Numbered from the stretch's first letter, positions 1-10,839 are shown. The stretch: DNA of 19,651 nt from Phycisphaeraceae bacterium (GCA_040905565.1 JBBDRF010000029.1:1-19651), one strand, 5' to 3'. The notes: generated by a model not told the origin, from the letters alone. Numbers and translations are program-made.

Positions 1-800
1 ATGGCCACTTCGCCGAGCTTGCCCGCTGAGCGGAGGGCGGTGTAGATCGCCGGCGGGTTGTACTCGAAGAGGCCGACCATCGCACCGATGTCAGGATTGC
101 GAGCGAGCACGTCCTCAGCGTTGGCCAGTGCATCGGAGGCGCGGCCCTGGTCGGTGCGTGTGGTGACGATGGTGTACTTGTCGCCTTCGATGACGCCTTC
201 GACAGCGTCGTAGCGTGAGGCATCGTGGGTGCGGTCGAGCAGTTCATCGATCACGCCCTGGCGTCGGTCCTGCGCGTTGTCCTGCTCGAGTCGACCGATG
301 AACAGTGCGACATCGCCGCCGTCGGGGAGGGCCTGCTTCACGAGCTTGCCGCACATGCGACCGGCTTCGTAGTTATCCATGCCGATGTAGAGGAGGCGGT
401 CGGTGCCGGGGGCATCGGAGTCATGCGTGACGAGGGGGATGCGGGCAGCGATGCGATTGATGAAGCTCGCCTGGTTCTCCGCGTCGACAGGGCTGATCGC
501 CAGTGCGTCGATGCCGCTGGCAAGCAGGTCGTCCACGACGTCCTGCTGCACGGTGGCGGTGCCTTCGGAGGGGAAGCGAACCTGGACGTTGACGTCGAAA
601 TCGTTCGCGGCATCCTCGGCGCCGGCTTCGGCGATGTTCCAGAAGTCCGCCACCTGATTGGTGACGAAGGCGATGCGATGGGGGGCGTCCTCGGCGTCGC
701 CGCTTTGTCCGGACTCGGCGGTCCCGCCGCCGCAGCCGTGAAGTGCGAGTGAAGCGATCACCAGGGCGAACGTGCCGTGAATCCAGGTCCGGTTAAACAT
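1..800 (-). CDS. Sugar ABC transporter substrate-binding lipoprotein (RbsB / periplasmic binding protein type 1), 3' end runs off the window
   Basis: Not in the ORF track because it has no stop in the window. Manual translation from ATG at 800: MFNRTWIHGTFALVIASLALHGC-GGGTAESGQSGDAEDAPHRIAFVTNQVADFWNIAEAGAEDAA...LLASGIDALAISPVDAENQ. It has a lipobox LHGC, RbsB-like FW..A..GA and GIDALAISP motifs, and a GGAGG SD upstream. Confidence 0.9.
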   Translation of the reverse strand, partial: MFNRTWIHGTFALVIASLALHGCGGGTAESGQSGDAEDAPHRIAFVTNQVADFWNIAEAGAEDAANDFDVNVQVRFPSEGTATVQQDVVDDLLASGIDALAISPVDAENQASFINRIAARIPLVTHDSDAPGTDRLLYIGMDNYEAGRMCGKLVKQALPDGGDVALFIGRLEQDNAQDRRQGVIDELLDRTHDASRYDAVEGVIEGDKYTIVTTRTDQGRASDALANAEDVLARNPDIGAMVGLFEYNPPAIYTALRSAGKLGEVA

Positions 801-988
801 CGCGAGCCTCCCAAGTCGAATTTTCAAAACTGCCCGCGCGAACGCCGCGGTGCCTCTGAGGGACACCAGACTACTGCCGCGACAGGCCCGGGGCAAGAAG
901 CAAACGCCGTGAGAATCTGGATCTACGTAAACGGCAAATCCTCCTTGTGGTTTGCGTCAATTCATTAATCTACATTCCCGCCAATACT

Positions 989-1004
989 TGTGAGATCGTG
1001 CACA
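989..1004. promoter_or_regulatory. Possible CRP/FNR-family binding site
   Basis: TGTGA-gatcgt-GCACA matches 9 of 10 positions of TGTGA-N6-TCACA. It lies in the relatively AT-rich divergent intergenic region upstream of the sugar-binding protein gene. Confidence 0.35.
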
Positions 1005-1121
1005 CGACACGATTGTATGCAATGGCGCGCGTTGGTTGAGTGCGTAGCGGAAGCGACATAAGGTAGAAAAGGCGCTGGATCCACCGATTCAGCTTTTTCT
1101 GCTGACTGAAAGATGTGCGAT

Positions 1122-2063
1122 ATGGCGATGATCATTAACGGCCAGAACGTGGACACCGCCCTGGTGGACCAGGAGTTCTCGAACGTTAAAAGCTATTTCG
1201 AGTCGATGTCGAACGTGCAGTGCTGCGAGCGGGATGACGAATTCCGTGGCTATGCGCGCGACAATGTCGTCGCGCGTGTACTGCTGACGCAGGAAGCGCA
1301 GAAGGCGATCGAGCCGAGCAGCGATGCCGAGATCGACGCGGAGCTGGCGCGGATGAAAGAGGAGCAAGGCGGCGAAGTGCAGTTTTACGCCACCATGGGC
1401 ATCGGCCCGGACGACGAGGCGATGCTGCGGCCGGACATCGACGTGAACCTGCGCATCCAGAAGCTGATGGCCAAAGCTGCCGAGCCGCTGCCCGAGCCCA
1501 GCGACGAACAGCTGCGGGCGTTCTACGAGGAGCATCTTGAACAGTTCATGAGCGAAGAGCAGGTCCACGCCCTGCACATGCTCAAGAATCCAAGGCGGGG
1601 CGAGGAGCGGGCCGGGGCCTACGACGAACTGCGCCAGGCACGGAAGGAAGCGCTCGCCGGTGCCGACTTTGCGGAGCTGGCCAAACGTTACTCGCAGAAG
1701 TACATCGAGTGGGAAAAGGCCGATGCCGAGACGCGTGAGCGCATGGGCGATCCGATCGATCTGGGCCACTTCGCACGTGGGCAGATGATGGAAGAGTTCG
1801 AAGCGGTCGCGTTCTCGCTGGAGGATGGCGAGGTCGGGCCGGTGTTTTTGACGCACTTCGGCTATCACCTGGTGAAGGTGCTCGAGCGAAAGCCCGCGGT
1901 GCCGAAGCCGTTCGATGAGGTGCGGGACGACGTGGCGACGTTGCATCTGGAAACGCATCGTCAGCAGGCGGTGCAGCGGTTCGTCGAAAAGCTTAAGGAA
2001 TCCGCGAAGATTGAGTACACTGAGGGTGAGGATCAGCCTCAGGGCGCTGGGCATTCGCATTGA
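1122..2063 (+). CDS. Peptidyl-prolyl cis-trans isomerase, parvulin (PpiC/rotamase) domain with SurA/PrsA-like N-terminal chaperone region
   Basis: Motifs VHALHML, GADFAELAKRYS and DLGHFARGQMMEEFEAVAFSLEDGEVGPVFLTHFGYHLVKV. N-terminal INGQNV is a PrsA-like strand. Alternative ATGs at 1113 and 1128. Confidence 0.9.
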   Translation: MAMIINGQNVDTALVDQEFSNVKSYFESMSNVQCCERDDEFRGYARDNVVARVLLTQEAQKAIEPSSDAEIDAELARMKEEQGGEVQFYATMGIGPDDEAMLRPDIDVNLRIQKLMAKAAEPLPEPSDEQLRAFYEEHLEQFMSEEQVHALHMLKNPRRGEERAGAYDELRQARKEALAGADFAELAKRYSQKYIEWEKADAETRERMGDPIDLGHFARGQMMEEFEAVAFSLEDGEVGPVFLTHFGYHLVKVLERKPAVPKPFDEVRDDVATLHLETHRQQAVQRFVEKLKESAKIEYTEGEDQPQGAGHSH

Positions 2064-2075
2064 GCGGTCAGGGAG

Positions 2076-2102
2076 ACCCACGGCGGCACGGCGTGGGCTT
2101 CG
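2076..2102. repeat. REP-like palindrome family 1, copy 1 (degenerate)
   Basis: acccacggcggcacggcgtgggcttcg matches the reverse complement of 13316-13342 at 24/27 positions. Confidence 0.8.
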
Positions 2103-2105
2103 GTT

Positions 2106-2537
2106 ATGAGTAGCGAACCCGTGAAGCGGCTGGGCGTGGTGGTGGCGTGTGAGCGTGAGGATGGACGCTGGTTGATGATGCGTCGCTCGGCTCAGGTGCT
2201 TCGCGCGCCGCTGAAGATCGGGCTGCCCGGCGGTGAGGTCGAGCCCGGCGAATCACAGCAGCAGGCGGTGATCCGCGAGATGCACGAGGAGCTGAACCTG
2301 CGGGTGGAGCCGACGTGCTGCGTGTGGCAGTACGACCTGCCGGATCGGCCGTGGCGGCTTTTTGGGTGGCGTGCACGCATTGTCGGGGGTGTGTTGAAGC
2401 CTGACCCGGCTGAGGTCGCCGAGGTGCACTGGCTCACGGCGGAGGAGGCAGCGGCGCATCCGGACGCCCTGCCGACCAATGCGCTGATAATGGCGGTGCT
2501 CAGCGATCCGAAAGCGCCGCCGTTGCGGCTTGGATGA
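2106..2537 (+). CDS. Nudix (MutT-like) hydrolase
   Basis: Nudix box PGGEVEPGESQQQAVIREMHEELNL (GX5EX7REUXEE). Confidence 0.92.
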   Translation: MSSEPVKRLGVVVACEREDGRWLMMRRSAQVLRAPLKIGLPGGEVEPGESQQQAVIREMHEELNLRVEPTCCVWQYDLPDRPWRLFGWRARIVGGVLKPDPAEVAEVHWLTAEEAAAHPDALPTNALIMAVLSDPKAPPLRLG

Positions 2538-2657
2538 GTTTCGCAAATCGGCTGGTAGTAGTAGGATCATCGGTAGCTGTTTGACGCGTCGCGCCCGCAA
2601 GGGACATTGGGGCGACGCGGATCGAGAAGATCTTTCCACAAGCGATTGGGGCCACGC

Positions 2658-4361
2658 ATGGCATATGGAAGTTTTGTACTCGTTTTGCACGGTCATCTGC
2701 CTTACGTGCTGAGGCACGGGGTCTGGCCTCACGGCGAAGACTGGCTCTATGAAGCGGCTGCGGAAACCTACCTGCCGCTGCTGGAGATGATCGGCCATTG
2801 TGCGCTGCACGAAGCGTCGCCTCAGATCACGATCGGCCTGACGCCCGTGCTGCTGGAACAGCTCGCGCACGACCACTTCAAGGACGGCTTCGAGGAATAC
2901 CTCGCCGACCGCGTGGAGCGGGCGCAGCAGGATCGCAAAGAATTTGAGGAGCAGGACAACGGCCACCTTGCCCACATGGCGCAGTGGTGGGAGAAGCTGT
3001 ACCGGCACCTCGGCGAACTCTTCGCCAAGATCGATCGCGATATTCCCGGCGCCTACGCCAAGCACGCGCGCGACAAACACATCCAGATTCTGACTTCGTC
3101 GGCCACGCACGCCTACGCACCGCTGCTCTATGAAGATGCGTCGATCCGGGCGCAGCTGCGGGCGGGGCTGGCGAGCAGCCATCGAATTCTGGGGTTCAAG
3201 CCGACGGGGCTTTGGCTTCCCGAGTGTGCGTATCGGCCGGGCGGTGCATGGCAGCCGCCGAACCACTGGTCGGGCAAGGATGGCCGCATCGGCGTGGAGC
3301 ACCTCATCGGTGACGAGACGCTGACGCATTTCTTCGTCGAAAACCATCTCATCGAAGGCAGCCGCAGCGAATGGGTCCGTGACGACGGCGACTGGCACAA
3401 GGTCGGCTGGGACGAATCGGCGAAGTATCCCAACCGCGGTTGGCAGAGCGTGAACGAGCCTCACCTGGTGAACTCCGACGGCTCGGGGCCGGGACGGGTG
3501 ACGGCGATGGCGCGCGATCAGAACGTCTGCGAAGCGGTGTGGAGCGGCGATATCGGCTATCCCGCCGACGGCTCCTACCTCGAGTTTCACAAGAAGTACG
3601 GCCCCCGCCGGGGGCTTCGCTACTGGAAGGTGACCGGGCACAAAGTCGACCTCGGTCAGAAGGACATGTACTACCCCGACGACATCCCGGGCAAAGTGCA
3701 CGGCCACGCAACCCACTTCTGTAACTTCGTCAAATCACGCCTGCGCGACTACCACGACCGCACCGGCCGGCACGGCGTGGTGACCGCCACGTTCGATGCG
3801 GAGCTATTCGGGCACTGGTGGTTCGAGGGGCCACAGTTCCTGCGGGACGTGATTCTGAACTTCGCGAACGATCCGGATGTGGATGTGCAGACGGCGGAAA
3901 ACTTCCTGCACGATCACCCGCCGGACAAGACGGTTTCGATGCCGGAAGGCTCGTGGGGCGACGGCGGCGACCATCGTGTGTGGACCAATCCGCAGATCAA
4001 CTGGATGTGGGACATCGAGTATCGCTGCGAGGCGAACTTCGGCAAAGCAACGCTGGACCTGCCCTGGCGCACCGATAAGCACCTGGAAGATCTGCTGAAG
4101 AAGGCGGCCCGCGAACTGCTGCTGTTGCAGGCGAGCGACTGGCCGTTCGTCATCAGCCGAGGGCAGGCGGTGGACTACGGCATCAAGCGGTTCATGCAGC
4201 ACGTGAGCCGATTCGAGACGCTGATCGATCTGGCGGAGAAGGCCTCGCAGGATGCGAAGTACCTCAACCGCCTTTCGGAGGTCGAGCAGTTCGAAGTCAA
4301 GGACGCGGAACTGCACGACATCATCTTCAAAGAGATCGATCTGAACTGGTGGAATATGTAA
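2658..4361 (+). CDS. Glycoside hydrolase family 57, 1,4-alpha-glucan branching enzyme type (DUF1957 C-terminus)
   Basis: Motifs HGHLPYV, GEDWLYEAAAETYLPL, GLWLPECAY (nucleophile Glu), TFDAELFGHWWFEG (acid/base Asp) and ARELLLLQASDWPF. Start placed at ATG 2658 (MAYGSFVLVLHGH). Confidence 0.95.
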   Translation: MAYGSFVLVLHGHLPYVLRHGVWPHGEDWLYEAAAETYLPLLEMIGHCALHEASPQITIGLTPVLLEQLAHDHFKDGFEEYLADRVERAQQDRKEFEEQDNGHLAHMAQWWEKLYRHLGELFAKIDRDIPGAYAKHARDKHIQILTSSATHAYAPLLYEDASIRAQLRAGLASSHRILGFKPTGLWLPECAYRPGGAWQPPNHWSGKDGRIGVEHLIGDETLTHFFVENHLIEGSRSEWVRDDGDWHKVGWDESAKYPNRGWQSVNEPHLVNSDGSGPGRVTAMARDQNVCEAVWSGDIGYPADGSYLEFHKKYGPRRGLRYWKVTGHKVDLGQKDMYYPDDIPGKVHGHATHFCNFVKSRLRDYHDRTGRHGVVTATFDAELFGHWWFEGPQFLRDVILNFANDPDVDVQTAENFLHDHPPDKTVSMPEGSWGDGGDHRVWTNPQINWMWDIEYRCEANFGKATLDLPWRTDKHLEDLLKKAARELLLLQASDWPFVISRGQAVDYGIKRFMQHVSRFETLIDLAEKASQDAKYLNRLSEVEQFEVKDAELHDIIFKEIDLNWWNM

Positions 4362-4370
4362 GCGGGGACC

Positions 4371-4397
4371 ACCCGCGGCGTCACGCCGTGGGCTTCG
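4371..4397. repeat. REP-like palindrome family 1, copy 2, between convergent GH57 and methyltransferase genes
   Basis: acccgcggcgtcacgccgtgggcttcg matches the reverse complement of 13316-13342 at 25/27 positions. Confidence 0.85.
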
Positions 4398-4406
4398 TTT
4401 CGCTGT

Positions 4407-5219
4407 TTAGCTCGGCAGAATCAGCGTGTTCGTCGCGCCCTTGATGGAGCGTTCGACACGGCGGGCCTTGATGCGAACGTAGGGGGGGACGTAGCAGCTT
4501 CGGTCGCCGAACGAGCCGGGCTTGGCGGCGAAGTCGCTGTGATTCGGTTCGCTCAGGTCTTCGATGACGAACCCGGCCCGGCACATCCAGCCGACGATCT
4601 GCTCCCAGCGATGCAGAAATTCCAGGGTGCCGGGCTCACGGTGCAGCGAGCCTTTGACCTCGGGGAGGGGGCCGTCGCGGTAGTACGGTTCGATGAGTTC
4701 GTAGCCGCGTGCGGAGCGGCGGGTATCGGCCTGCAGGCTGGCGGGCTGTTTGTGCTGCGAGATGTAGATGCCGTCGACCTGCGTCACCCGGGCGACTTCA
4801 CGGTACACCTTCTCGAGGTTCGGCAGGTAGCAGGTGCTGACGGGGTTGATGACGATCTCAAAGCTGGCGTTGCCGAGTTCGCTGAGGTCGTCCATCGACG
4901 TGGCGAGGGTGCGGATGGCGAGGCCGCGCTGCTCAGCAATTTCGCGATCGAGCTCGAGCTGCTTCGGGCTGATGTCAACGACGGTGACGATCGCGCCGGC
5001 CGCGGCGTAGACGGGGGCCTGGCGTCCGCCGCCTGCGCCGAGGCAGAGGATGCGTTTGCCTTCGATGCCGTCCGGAAGCCAGCGGCGGTCGATGGCCTTG
5101 ATCGGGTCGGCGAGCATGTCGTCGGTGGCGGGGCGGGTGAAGCGCTGGCCGCTGCGGGCGCGGTCGTCCCACGCTCGGCGGTTGTGCTCCTGCGAATGAT
5201 GTGCGTCATGGTACGGCAT
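4407..5219 (-). CDS. Class I SAM-dependent methyltransferase
   Basis: Motif I RILCLGAGGGRQA, VTVVDIS acidic strand, SFEIVINPVS and VYREVARV. Start placed at ATG 5219 (MPYHDAHHSQEHNRRAWD). Confidence 0.9.
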   Translation of the reverse strand: MPYHDAHHSQEHNRRAWDDRARSGQRFTRPATDDMLADPIKAIDRRWLPDGIEGKRILCLGAGGGRQAPVYAAAGAIVTVVDISPKQLELDREIAEQRGLAIRTLATSMDDLSELGNASFEIVINPVSTCYLPNLEKVYREVARVTQVDGIYISQHKQPASLQADTRRSARGYELIEPYYRDGPLPEVKGSLHREPGTLEFLHRWEQIVGWMCRAGFVIEDLSEPNHSDFAAKPGSFGDRSCYVPPYVRIKARRVERSIKGATNTLILPS

Positions 5220-5266
5220 AGGCACGGATCTTAGCGTACCCGCCCGGCCGTCACGAGGGGCGAGGC

Positions 5267-7378
5267 TCAGTCCGCTGCCCAATCCTTGATCGCGTCGTCG
5301 CCGAGCACGCCCCAGTAGACGCGCAGGTCCCGAATCTCGCCTTCGAAGGTGAACGGCACGTCATAGTCACCCACCGGCGAGCCGGGGTTGCCGCCGACAG
5401 AGAAGCCGTTGGCGGGCTTGCTCACCAGCAGGGCGCCTTCGTCCGTGGCCACGCGTTCGCCGTTGACGTAGAGGTGCATATCCAGTTGAGCGTCAAGCAC
5501 GCCCGCGAGGTGGACGGATTCGTCCATCGGGAGTTGGTTCGGGCCGACGATCTTGTGCAGCACGCCGCCGCTACGGATCGCGAAGGTCGGCACGCCGTCT
5601 TCGATGAACAGCGTATAGCCGTGCGACGCGCCACCCTGCGCCACCAGCACGCCGTCGCCTTGCGGTACCGCGTGAGCGCCCACGGTGAAGGTCTTGATCG
5701 ACGGATCGAGGTCCGACCGCGTCTGCCCCGCACCTTCGTCGTAGGCGGCCACCTGCTGAAGTTGCACCTTGTCGAGACGATCGATGTAGCGTCGCTGGGC
5801 GATCTCGGCGGCGGACGCGTGAGGCCGATCGTCGCCGTGATGCTCCTGAAGCCGTCGCAGTTCGGTCTTCAATCTCGCTTGAACCTCAGCATAGTTGGGA
5901 TCGTCGTAGATGCTTCGAAGTTCGTCGGGATCGGCTTCAAGGTCGTACATCTCCCACTCACCGAGCTGGTAGAAGTGGATGAGTTTGTAGCGCTGGGTCC
6001 GGACACCGTAATGGCGGTTGACCATGTGCACGGCGGGGAATTCATAGTAGTGATAGTAAACGCTGTCGCGCCAGTCATCGGGGGTCTGCCCGCGGAGAAG
6101 GGGGGCGAGGGATCGGCCCTGCATGTCGTCAGGCACGGTGACGCCGGCGACATCCAACAGCGTCGCTGCCCAGTCGAGATTGCTGACCATGTCGGTGTTT
6201 TCGCTGCCGGGTTTGGTCACGCCGGGCCACTTGATGATCAACGGCGTCCGCAGCGACTCTTCATAGATGAATCGCTTGTCATACCAGCCATGGTCGCCGA
6301 GGTAGAAGCCCTGGTCGGAGGCATAGACGACGATCGTGTTCTCATCCAGGCCCGTCTCTTCGAGGTAATCCATCACACGACCGATGTTGTCGTCGACCGA
6401 CGCGATCGTTCGCAGGTAGTCTTTCACGTACCGCTGATATTTCCAGCGGAGCAAGGCTTTGCCTTCCAGATTCGCTTCGCGGAACGCTTCGTTCTTCGGG
6501 CCGTAGGCAGCGTCCCATGCCGCTTTCTGTTCGTCGTTCATGCGGTGGTAGGCGTTGTGGCGCCACATCTGCTTTTCCCGGTCTGAACTGTCGGCGGTGG
6601 GGGGCACCTTCAGGTCGTAGCCGAGGAACATGTGGCGGTCGATCTCCATCTCCTGTTGCGACGCGGCTGCGGATCGGTCGGCGTAATCGTCGAACAGGGT
6701 GGCCGGCTCGGGCAGGTCGCCGTCGTCGTAAAGCGTCAGATGATCCGGGCCGGGCATCCACTCACGGTGCGGCGCTTTGTGGTGGTACATCAGGAGAAAC
6801 GGCTTGTCGGCATCGCGGCCGCTCTCCAGCCACGCCAGGCAGTCGTCCGTGATGATGTCGGTGACGTACCCGGTGCGATTGACCCGGCCCTCGGCCGTCC
6901 TGAAATCAGGATTGTAATAGTGGCCCTGCCCCGGCAGCACCGACCAGTGATCGAACCCCGTGGGGTCGCTACCAAGGTGCCATTTTCCGATGATCGCCGT
7001 GTTGTAGCCCGCCTTCTGCAGAAGCTTGGGGAAGGTCTGCTGCTCGCCGTCAAAACGTTCGCGGTTCGTCAACTGCCCGTTGAGGTGCGAAGGCTTGCCC
7101 GTCAGCAGCACCGCGCGACTCGGCGCACAAATCGAGTTGGTCACGAACACGTTGCGGAAGAGCATGCCTTCGTCGGCCAGGCGGTCAAGATTCGGCGTCT
7201 GGTTGATCTTCGACCCGTACGCGCTGATGGCGTGGCTGGCGTGATCATCAGTGAAGATGAAGATGATGTTCGGCCGTTCCGGCGTCGCGGCCTCGCTCTG
7301 CGGCGTGCCCAGCAGCAGCGCCATCGTGATCGTCATCAAGCCCGCCCAGTTCCACGTCTGCGTCATCATCCCTGGCAT
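5267..7378 (-). CDS. Secreted formylglycine-dependent (S1) sulfatase with C-terminal LamG/ConA-like domain
   Basis: Signal peptide, [25 protein letters not shown] (CxPxR), IGKWHLG and [16 protein letters not shown]. The C-terminus HLAGV...MHLYVNGE...[11 protein letters not shown] is LamG-like. Confidence 0.95.
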   Translation of the reverse strand: MPGMMTQTWNWAGLMTITMALLLGTPQSEAATPERPNIIFIFTDDHASHAISAYGSKINQTPNLDRLADEGMLFRNVFVTNSICAPSRAVLLTGKPSHLNGQLTNRERFDGEQQTFPKLLQKAGYNTAIIGKWHLGSDPTGFDHWSVLPGQGHYYNPDFRTAEGRVNRTGYVTDIITDDCLAWLESGRDADKPFLLMYHHKAPHREWMPGPDHLTLYDDGDLPEPATLFDDYADRSAAASQQEMEIDRHMFLGYDLKVPPTADSSDREKQMWRHNAYHRMNDEQKAAWDAAYGPKNEAFREANLEGKALLRWKYQRYVKDYLRTIASVDDNIGRVMDYLEETGLDENTIVVYASDQGFYLGDHGWYDKRFIYEESLRTPLIIKWPGVTKPGSENTDMVSNLDWAATLLDVAGVTVPDDMQGRSLAPLLRGQTPDDWRDSVYYHYYEFPAVHMVNRHYGVRTQRYKLIHFYQLGEWEMYDLEADPDELRSIYDDPNYAEVQARLKTELRRLQEHHGDDRPHASAAEIAQRRYIDRLDKVQLQQVAAYDEGAGQTRSDLDPSIKTFTVGAHAVPQGDGVLVAQGGASHGYTLFIEDGVPTFAIRSGGVLHKIVGPNQLPMDESVHLAGVLDAQLDMHLYVNGERVATDEGALLVSKPANGFSVGGNPGSPVGDYDVPFTFEGEIRDLRVYWGVLGDDAIKDWAAD

Positions 7379-7445
7379 GTTCTCGCCTTCTGTTCGTATA
7401 AAATGCTTATCGCAGTTTACTCGAACGTCGGCAAAAACGCCCGGA

Positions 7446-10400
7446 TTATTCGCGGGAAGCGGGGGTGATGGTCAGGTCAAGCGTCTCCTCGCCACGCTGC
7501 ACTTTGATGCTGGTTTCCTCGCCGATCTTGAGCGCATCGATGGCGTAGGTGTAGTCGTAGATGTTCTCGATCTTCTTCCCGGCCAGCTCGATGATCACGT
7601 CGCCTCCCCGCAGGCCGGCTTCGTCGGCGGGTCCGCCTTCGGAGACGCCGCTGAGCTTCATGCCTTCCGCGTCGCCGCCGGCGTAGTCGGGCACCGTGCC
7701 GAGGAAGGCACGCAGGCCGGCCCGCGCTTCGTCCTGCTCCGGGGCACGCTGGGCGACATAGTCGGGCGACTGCTCGCGCAGGACCAGCTGGCGTGTGAGC
7801 AGGCCGATGAAGCGGGTGATGCGCTGCGTGTCTTCGAAGTTGATCAGGTCGGCCGTGTCACGCGGGGTGTGATACTCCGCATGAGCGCCGGTGAAGGCGG
7901 AGAGGACCGGCACGCCTCGGACGAAGAAGGGGGTGGAATCGGTCGGCAGGTAGGCGTCGTCCTGCGTCTGAATGCGCAAGCCGACGGGCACGTTGGCGCG
8001 CTCGATCAGCTGCGGCCATGCCTCGGAAGAGCCGACCCCCTGAAGCGTGAGGGCCTGCTCATATCGACCGATCATGTCCATGTTCAGGTAAGCCGCGATG
8101 CCCGGTCGCAGGCTCTGCGCGTGATTCGCTTCGTCTTCGGCATGGGCACCTTCCACCGGCGGATGGCCCGCGGGAGGGCCCTCGACAAAGGCGGAGGCGG
8201 GGGGCGTGAAGTTCTGGACGAAATGGCTTGAGCCGAGCAGGCCGAGTTCCTCGCCGGACCATGCGGCGAAGAGCACATCGCGGTTCGCGGGTAGCTCGCC
8301 GTCGGCGTGGCGGGCGTGCAAATAGTGGGCAACTTCGATCATCGCGGCGATGCCCGAAGCGTTGTCGTCCGCCCCGTAGTGAATGGTGCTCTCTTCGTCA
8401 TCGTGCGCGAGCGATCCGCTGGCCGACCCGTCGCCGAGGTGGTCGATGTGAGCGCCGAGGACGACGAGCCCAGCAGCTTCATCGTCCGTCGCAGCGAGCC
8501 TCGCCAGTACATTTCGGCCCGTGCGGCGCTGCTGCACGATCTCAATGGCCGCGTCGAGCTTCAAGCCGGGCAGCTCGAAGCCCATCATCATGTCGCCGGT
8601 GTCGAGAGAATCGTGCAGCTCCTGAAGATCCTTCTCCGCCGCGTTGAGCCAGTCGGCAGCCACTTCGTCGGCGATGCTGATGACCGGAAGCGAGGTGCCC
8701 GAGAGCGACGCATCGAACCGCAGCGGCACCAGTTCGTGACGCACTTCCGAGTTCGGCCCGCTGACGAAAATGATCCCCTTCGCCCCGCGATCGCGAGCGG
8801 CCATGGCTTTGTAACGCAGCGAAGCGTAACGGTTGAGGTGCTGCCGCTGGGCGTCGGTGACGTCCTCGGGCAGGTACCGCAGCACCATCACCCATTTGTC
8901 GGTGACGTCGAGGTGGACGTACGAATCGTAGTCTTCGAGGTCTTCCTCAGCAGGGGCGACGATGCCGTAGCCGGCGAACACGATGGACCCGGGGTCAACT
9001 TCGCCGGATTGCGCGAAGGCAAGCGGACGCCATTGTTCATTGACGTTGTAGCGGGTCGTTTCGCCGTCGTGCTCGAGGGCGAGGGCGTTGTCGTCGCCGA
9101 GGGAGACGCCTGCGGTGAATTCGAATTCTTGAAAGTAGGTGCCGTCGTCGCCGGCGGGTTCCAGGCCGATGGTGCGGAAGACTTCGGCGAGGTAGGCCGT
9201 GGCCATGCGTTCGCCGGCGGTCCCGGTGAGGCGGCCGGCCATCTGCTCCGAGGCAAGGGCGCGAATGTGCGCTTCCACGCCGGACACGGTGATCGCGGGT
9301 GAGCCGGTCTCGGTCATCACCTTCTCGGCCAAAGCGGTGCCCTGTGCGTCGGCTTCGGTGGTGTCGCTGTCGGTCGCGGTTTCGTCAAGGCTGAGCAGTC
9401 GCCGGGCCTCGGCATCGTCCCAGCTTGCGAGGAAGATCTGCGAGTCGCCGTTGCGGTTGCTCGTCCACGAAAGGCCTTCGCCGTCGGGCGTGAAGACGGG
9501 GAGGCCGTCGAAGCCCGGCGAGTAGGTCACGCGGACCGGTTCCCGCTCGCCAGCTGCGTCGACGATGTGCAGTTCGAAGTTGCCGTAGCCGTATGCGTTG
9601 TTGGTGAAGATGATGTAGTCGCCGGAGGGATGAAAGAACGGCGCCCAGGACATCGCGTCGACTTCGGTGATCTGTTGCTGATTGCTGCCGTCGGCGTCCA
9701 TGGTCCAGATTTCTGCGGTGGAGCCGCCGTCGGCATCGAAGCGGCGCCAGACAATTTTCGAGCCGTCGGCGCTGAAGAACGGGCCGCCGTCGTATCCGCC
9801 CGACTCGGTGAGCCTGCGGACGTTCGACCCGTCGGCTTCCATCAGGTAAAGCTCGACCTGTGTGGAGGGGTTCGTCTCGAAGCGGGCCTGCTCTTCCTCG
9901 CTGAGTTCTTCCGTATAGGCGTGGCGGTTGGAAGCGAACACGATGTGCCGACCGTCGGGTGAGTAGGAGGCCTCCGCGTTGTAGCCTTCATCGTTCGTCA
10001 GGGGCGTCAGTTCGTCGGTCTCCAGATCCATTTCGAAGATGTCGTAGTGCGGGTCGTAATCCCAGGAGTAGCGCCGCTGCTGACCGGATTCGCGCATCGC
10101 CAGCTCGGCTTCCTGCTTGGCCTCAGCTTCGGGGTCGTGATGCGTGGAGGCGAACAGGGCACGGCGGCCGCTGGGGTGAATCCAGGCGCAGGTCGTCTTG
10201 CCGATGCCGGGCGAAAGGCGACGCGTATCGCCGGTCTCCAGATCCAGCAGGTAAATCTGGTAGAACGGATTGCCCGCTTCGCGTTCGGATTGCAGGATCA
10301 TCTTTCGGCCGTCCGCCGAGAAGTACCCTTCCCCGCTGCGCCGACCGGCGAAGGTGAGCTGGCGCGTGTTGCCCAGAAGCTCAGCTTCCTTCGTGGCCAG

Positions 10401-10514
10401 TTCCGCGCGTTCAGCGGCATGCGGATCGTCCGCCGCAACGGCCGGGGGGGCGGCGAGGAAGAGACTCGAAAACCCAACGGCGAACATCATCAAACGAGCG
10501 AGGCTATGACGCAT
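7446..10514 (-). CDS. Secreted M28-family peptidase: TolB-like PD40 beta-propeller, PA domain, M28 catalytic domain, PDZ domain
   Basis: Signal peptide ([27 protein letters not shown]) and repeated FSADG/YSPDG/FTPDG units. Zinc motifs [33 protein letters not shown] and YHTPRD. PDZ region FLGTVPDY...[14 protein letters not shown]. Start placed at ATG 10514. Confidence 0.93.
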   Translation of the reverse strand: MRHSLARLMMFAVGFSSLFLAAPPAVAADDPHAAERAELATKEAELLGNTRQLTFAGRRSGEGYFSADGRKMILQSEREAGNPFYQIYLLDLETGDTRRLSPGIGKTTCAWIHPSGRRALFASTHHDPEAEAKQEAELAMRESGQQRRYSWDYDPHYDIFEMDLETDELTPLTNDEGYNAEASYSPDGRHIVFASNRHAYTEELSEEEQARFETNPSTQVELYLMEADGSNVRRLTESGGYDGGPFFSADGSKIVWRRFDADGGSTAEIWTMDADGSNQQQITEVDAMSWAPFFHPSGDYIIFTNNAYGYGNFELHIVDAAGEREPVRVTYSPGFDGLPVFTPDGEGLSWTSNRNGDSQIFLASWDDAEARRLLSLDETATDSDTTEADAQGTALAEKVMTETGSPAITVSGVEAHIRALASEQMAGRLTGTAGERMATAYLAEVFRTIGLEPAGDDGTYFQEFEFTAGVSLGDDNALALEHDGETTRYNVNEQWRPLAFAQSGEVDPGSIVFAGYGIVAPAEEDLEDYDSYVHLDVTDKWVMVLRYLPEDVTDAQRQHLNRYASLRYKAMAARDRGAKGIIFVSGPNSEVRHELVPLRFDASLSGTSLPVISIADEVAADWLNAAEKDLQELHDSLDTGDMMMGFELPGLKLDAAIEIVQQRRTGRNVLARLAATDDEAAGLVVLGAHIDHLGDGSASGSLAHDDEESTIHYGADDNASGIAAMIEVAHYLHARHADGELPANRDVLFAAWSGEELGLLGSSHFVQNFTPPASAFVEGPPAGHPPVEGAHAEDEANHAQSLRPGIAAYLNMDMIGRYEQALTLQGVGSSEAWPQLIERANVPVGLRIQTQDDAYLPTDSTPFFVRGVPVLSAFTGAHAEYHTPRDTADLINFEDTQRITRFIGLLTRQLVLREQSPDYVAQRAPEQDEARAGLRAFLGTVPDYAGGDAEGMKLSGVSEGGPADEAGLRGGDVIIELAGKKIENIYDYTYAIDALKIGEETSIKVQRGEETLDLTITPASRE

Positions 10515-10607
10515 GGCGATCCCACTAATAGGTATAGAAGCTTCGTCTACTTCCCCTATCGTAGGAACCACCGCGATCGACACCAAGTCCGGGACTGGCG
10601 TGCCGTG

Positions 10608-10781
10608 GGCAACGAGCCGCGACCGTGAGCGGCTGTGCACCCGATTTCGGCGCATCGCGACGACGCGTCACAAACGCACGACCGCTGCGGACAAGCCCGG
10701 CCCAAAAAACCAGCATCCACCCCTCGCGTTCACGAACGAACTGAACACAACCGCTTCCTCACGGTCGCGGCTCGTATTCCG
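10608..10781 (-). mobile_element. REPIN/MITE-like non-autonomous element (family 2), copy A
   Basis: Terminal inverted repeats acgagccgcgaccgtgag (10612-10629) and ctcacggtcgcggctcgt (10758-10775). The reverse complement aligns end to end with 17743-17927, including an identical 19-nt internal block. Confidence 0.8.
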
Positions 10782-10839
10782 GCATTTGCCGCGTTCGCGG
10801 ACGATCGGGCTGGGGACAGCCCGGCTCTCTTTTTTCGCT

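Noticed and set aside
225..752. 175-aa + strand ORF, and similar long antisense ORFs (1089-2081, 2253-3716, 5474-6586, 7251-8231, 8307-9302, 14203-15249)
   Set aside because: These are shadow frames of well-supported genes on the opposite strand, expected at high GC, and carry no recognisable motifs.
1010..1100. Possible tRNA or riboswitch in the first intergenic region
   Set aside because: No cloverleaf, T-loop GTTCRA or recognisable aptamer consensus.
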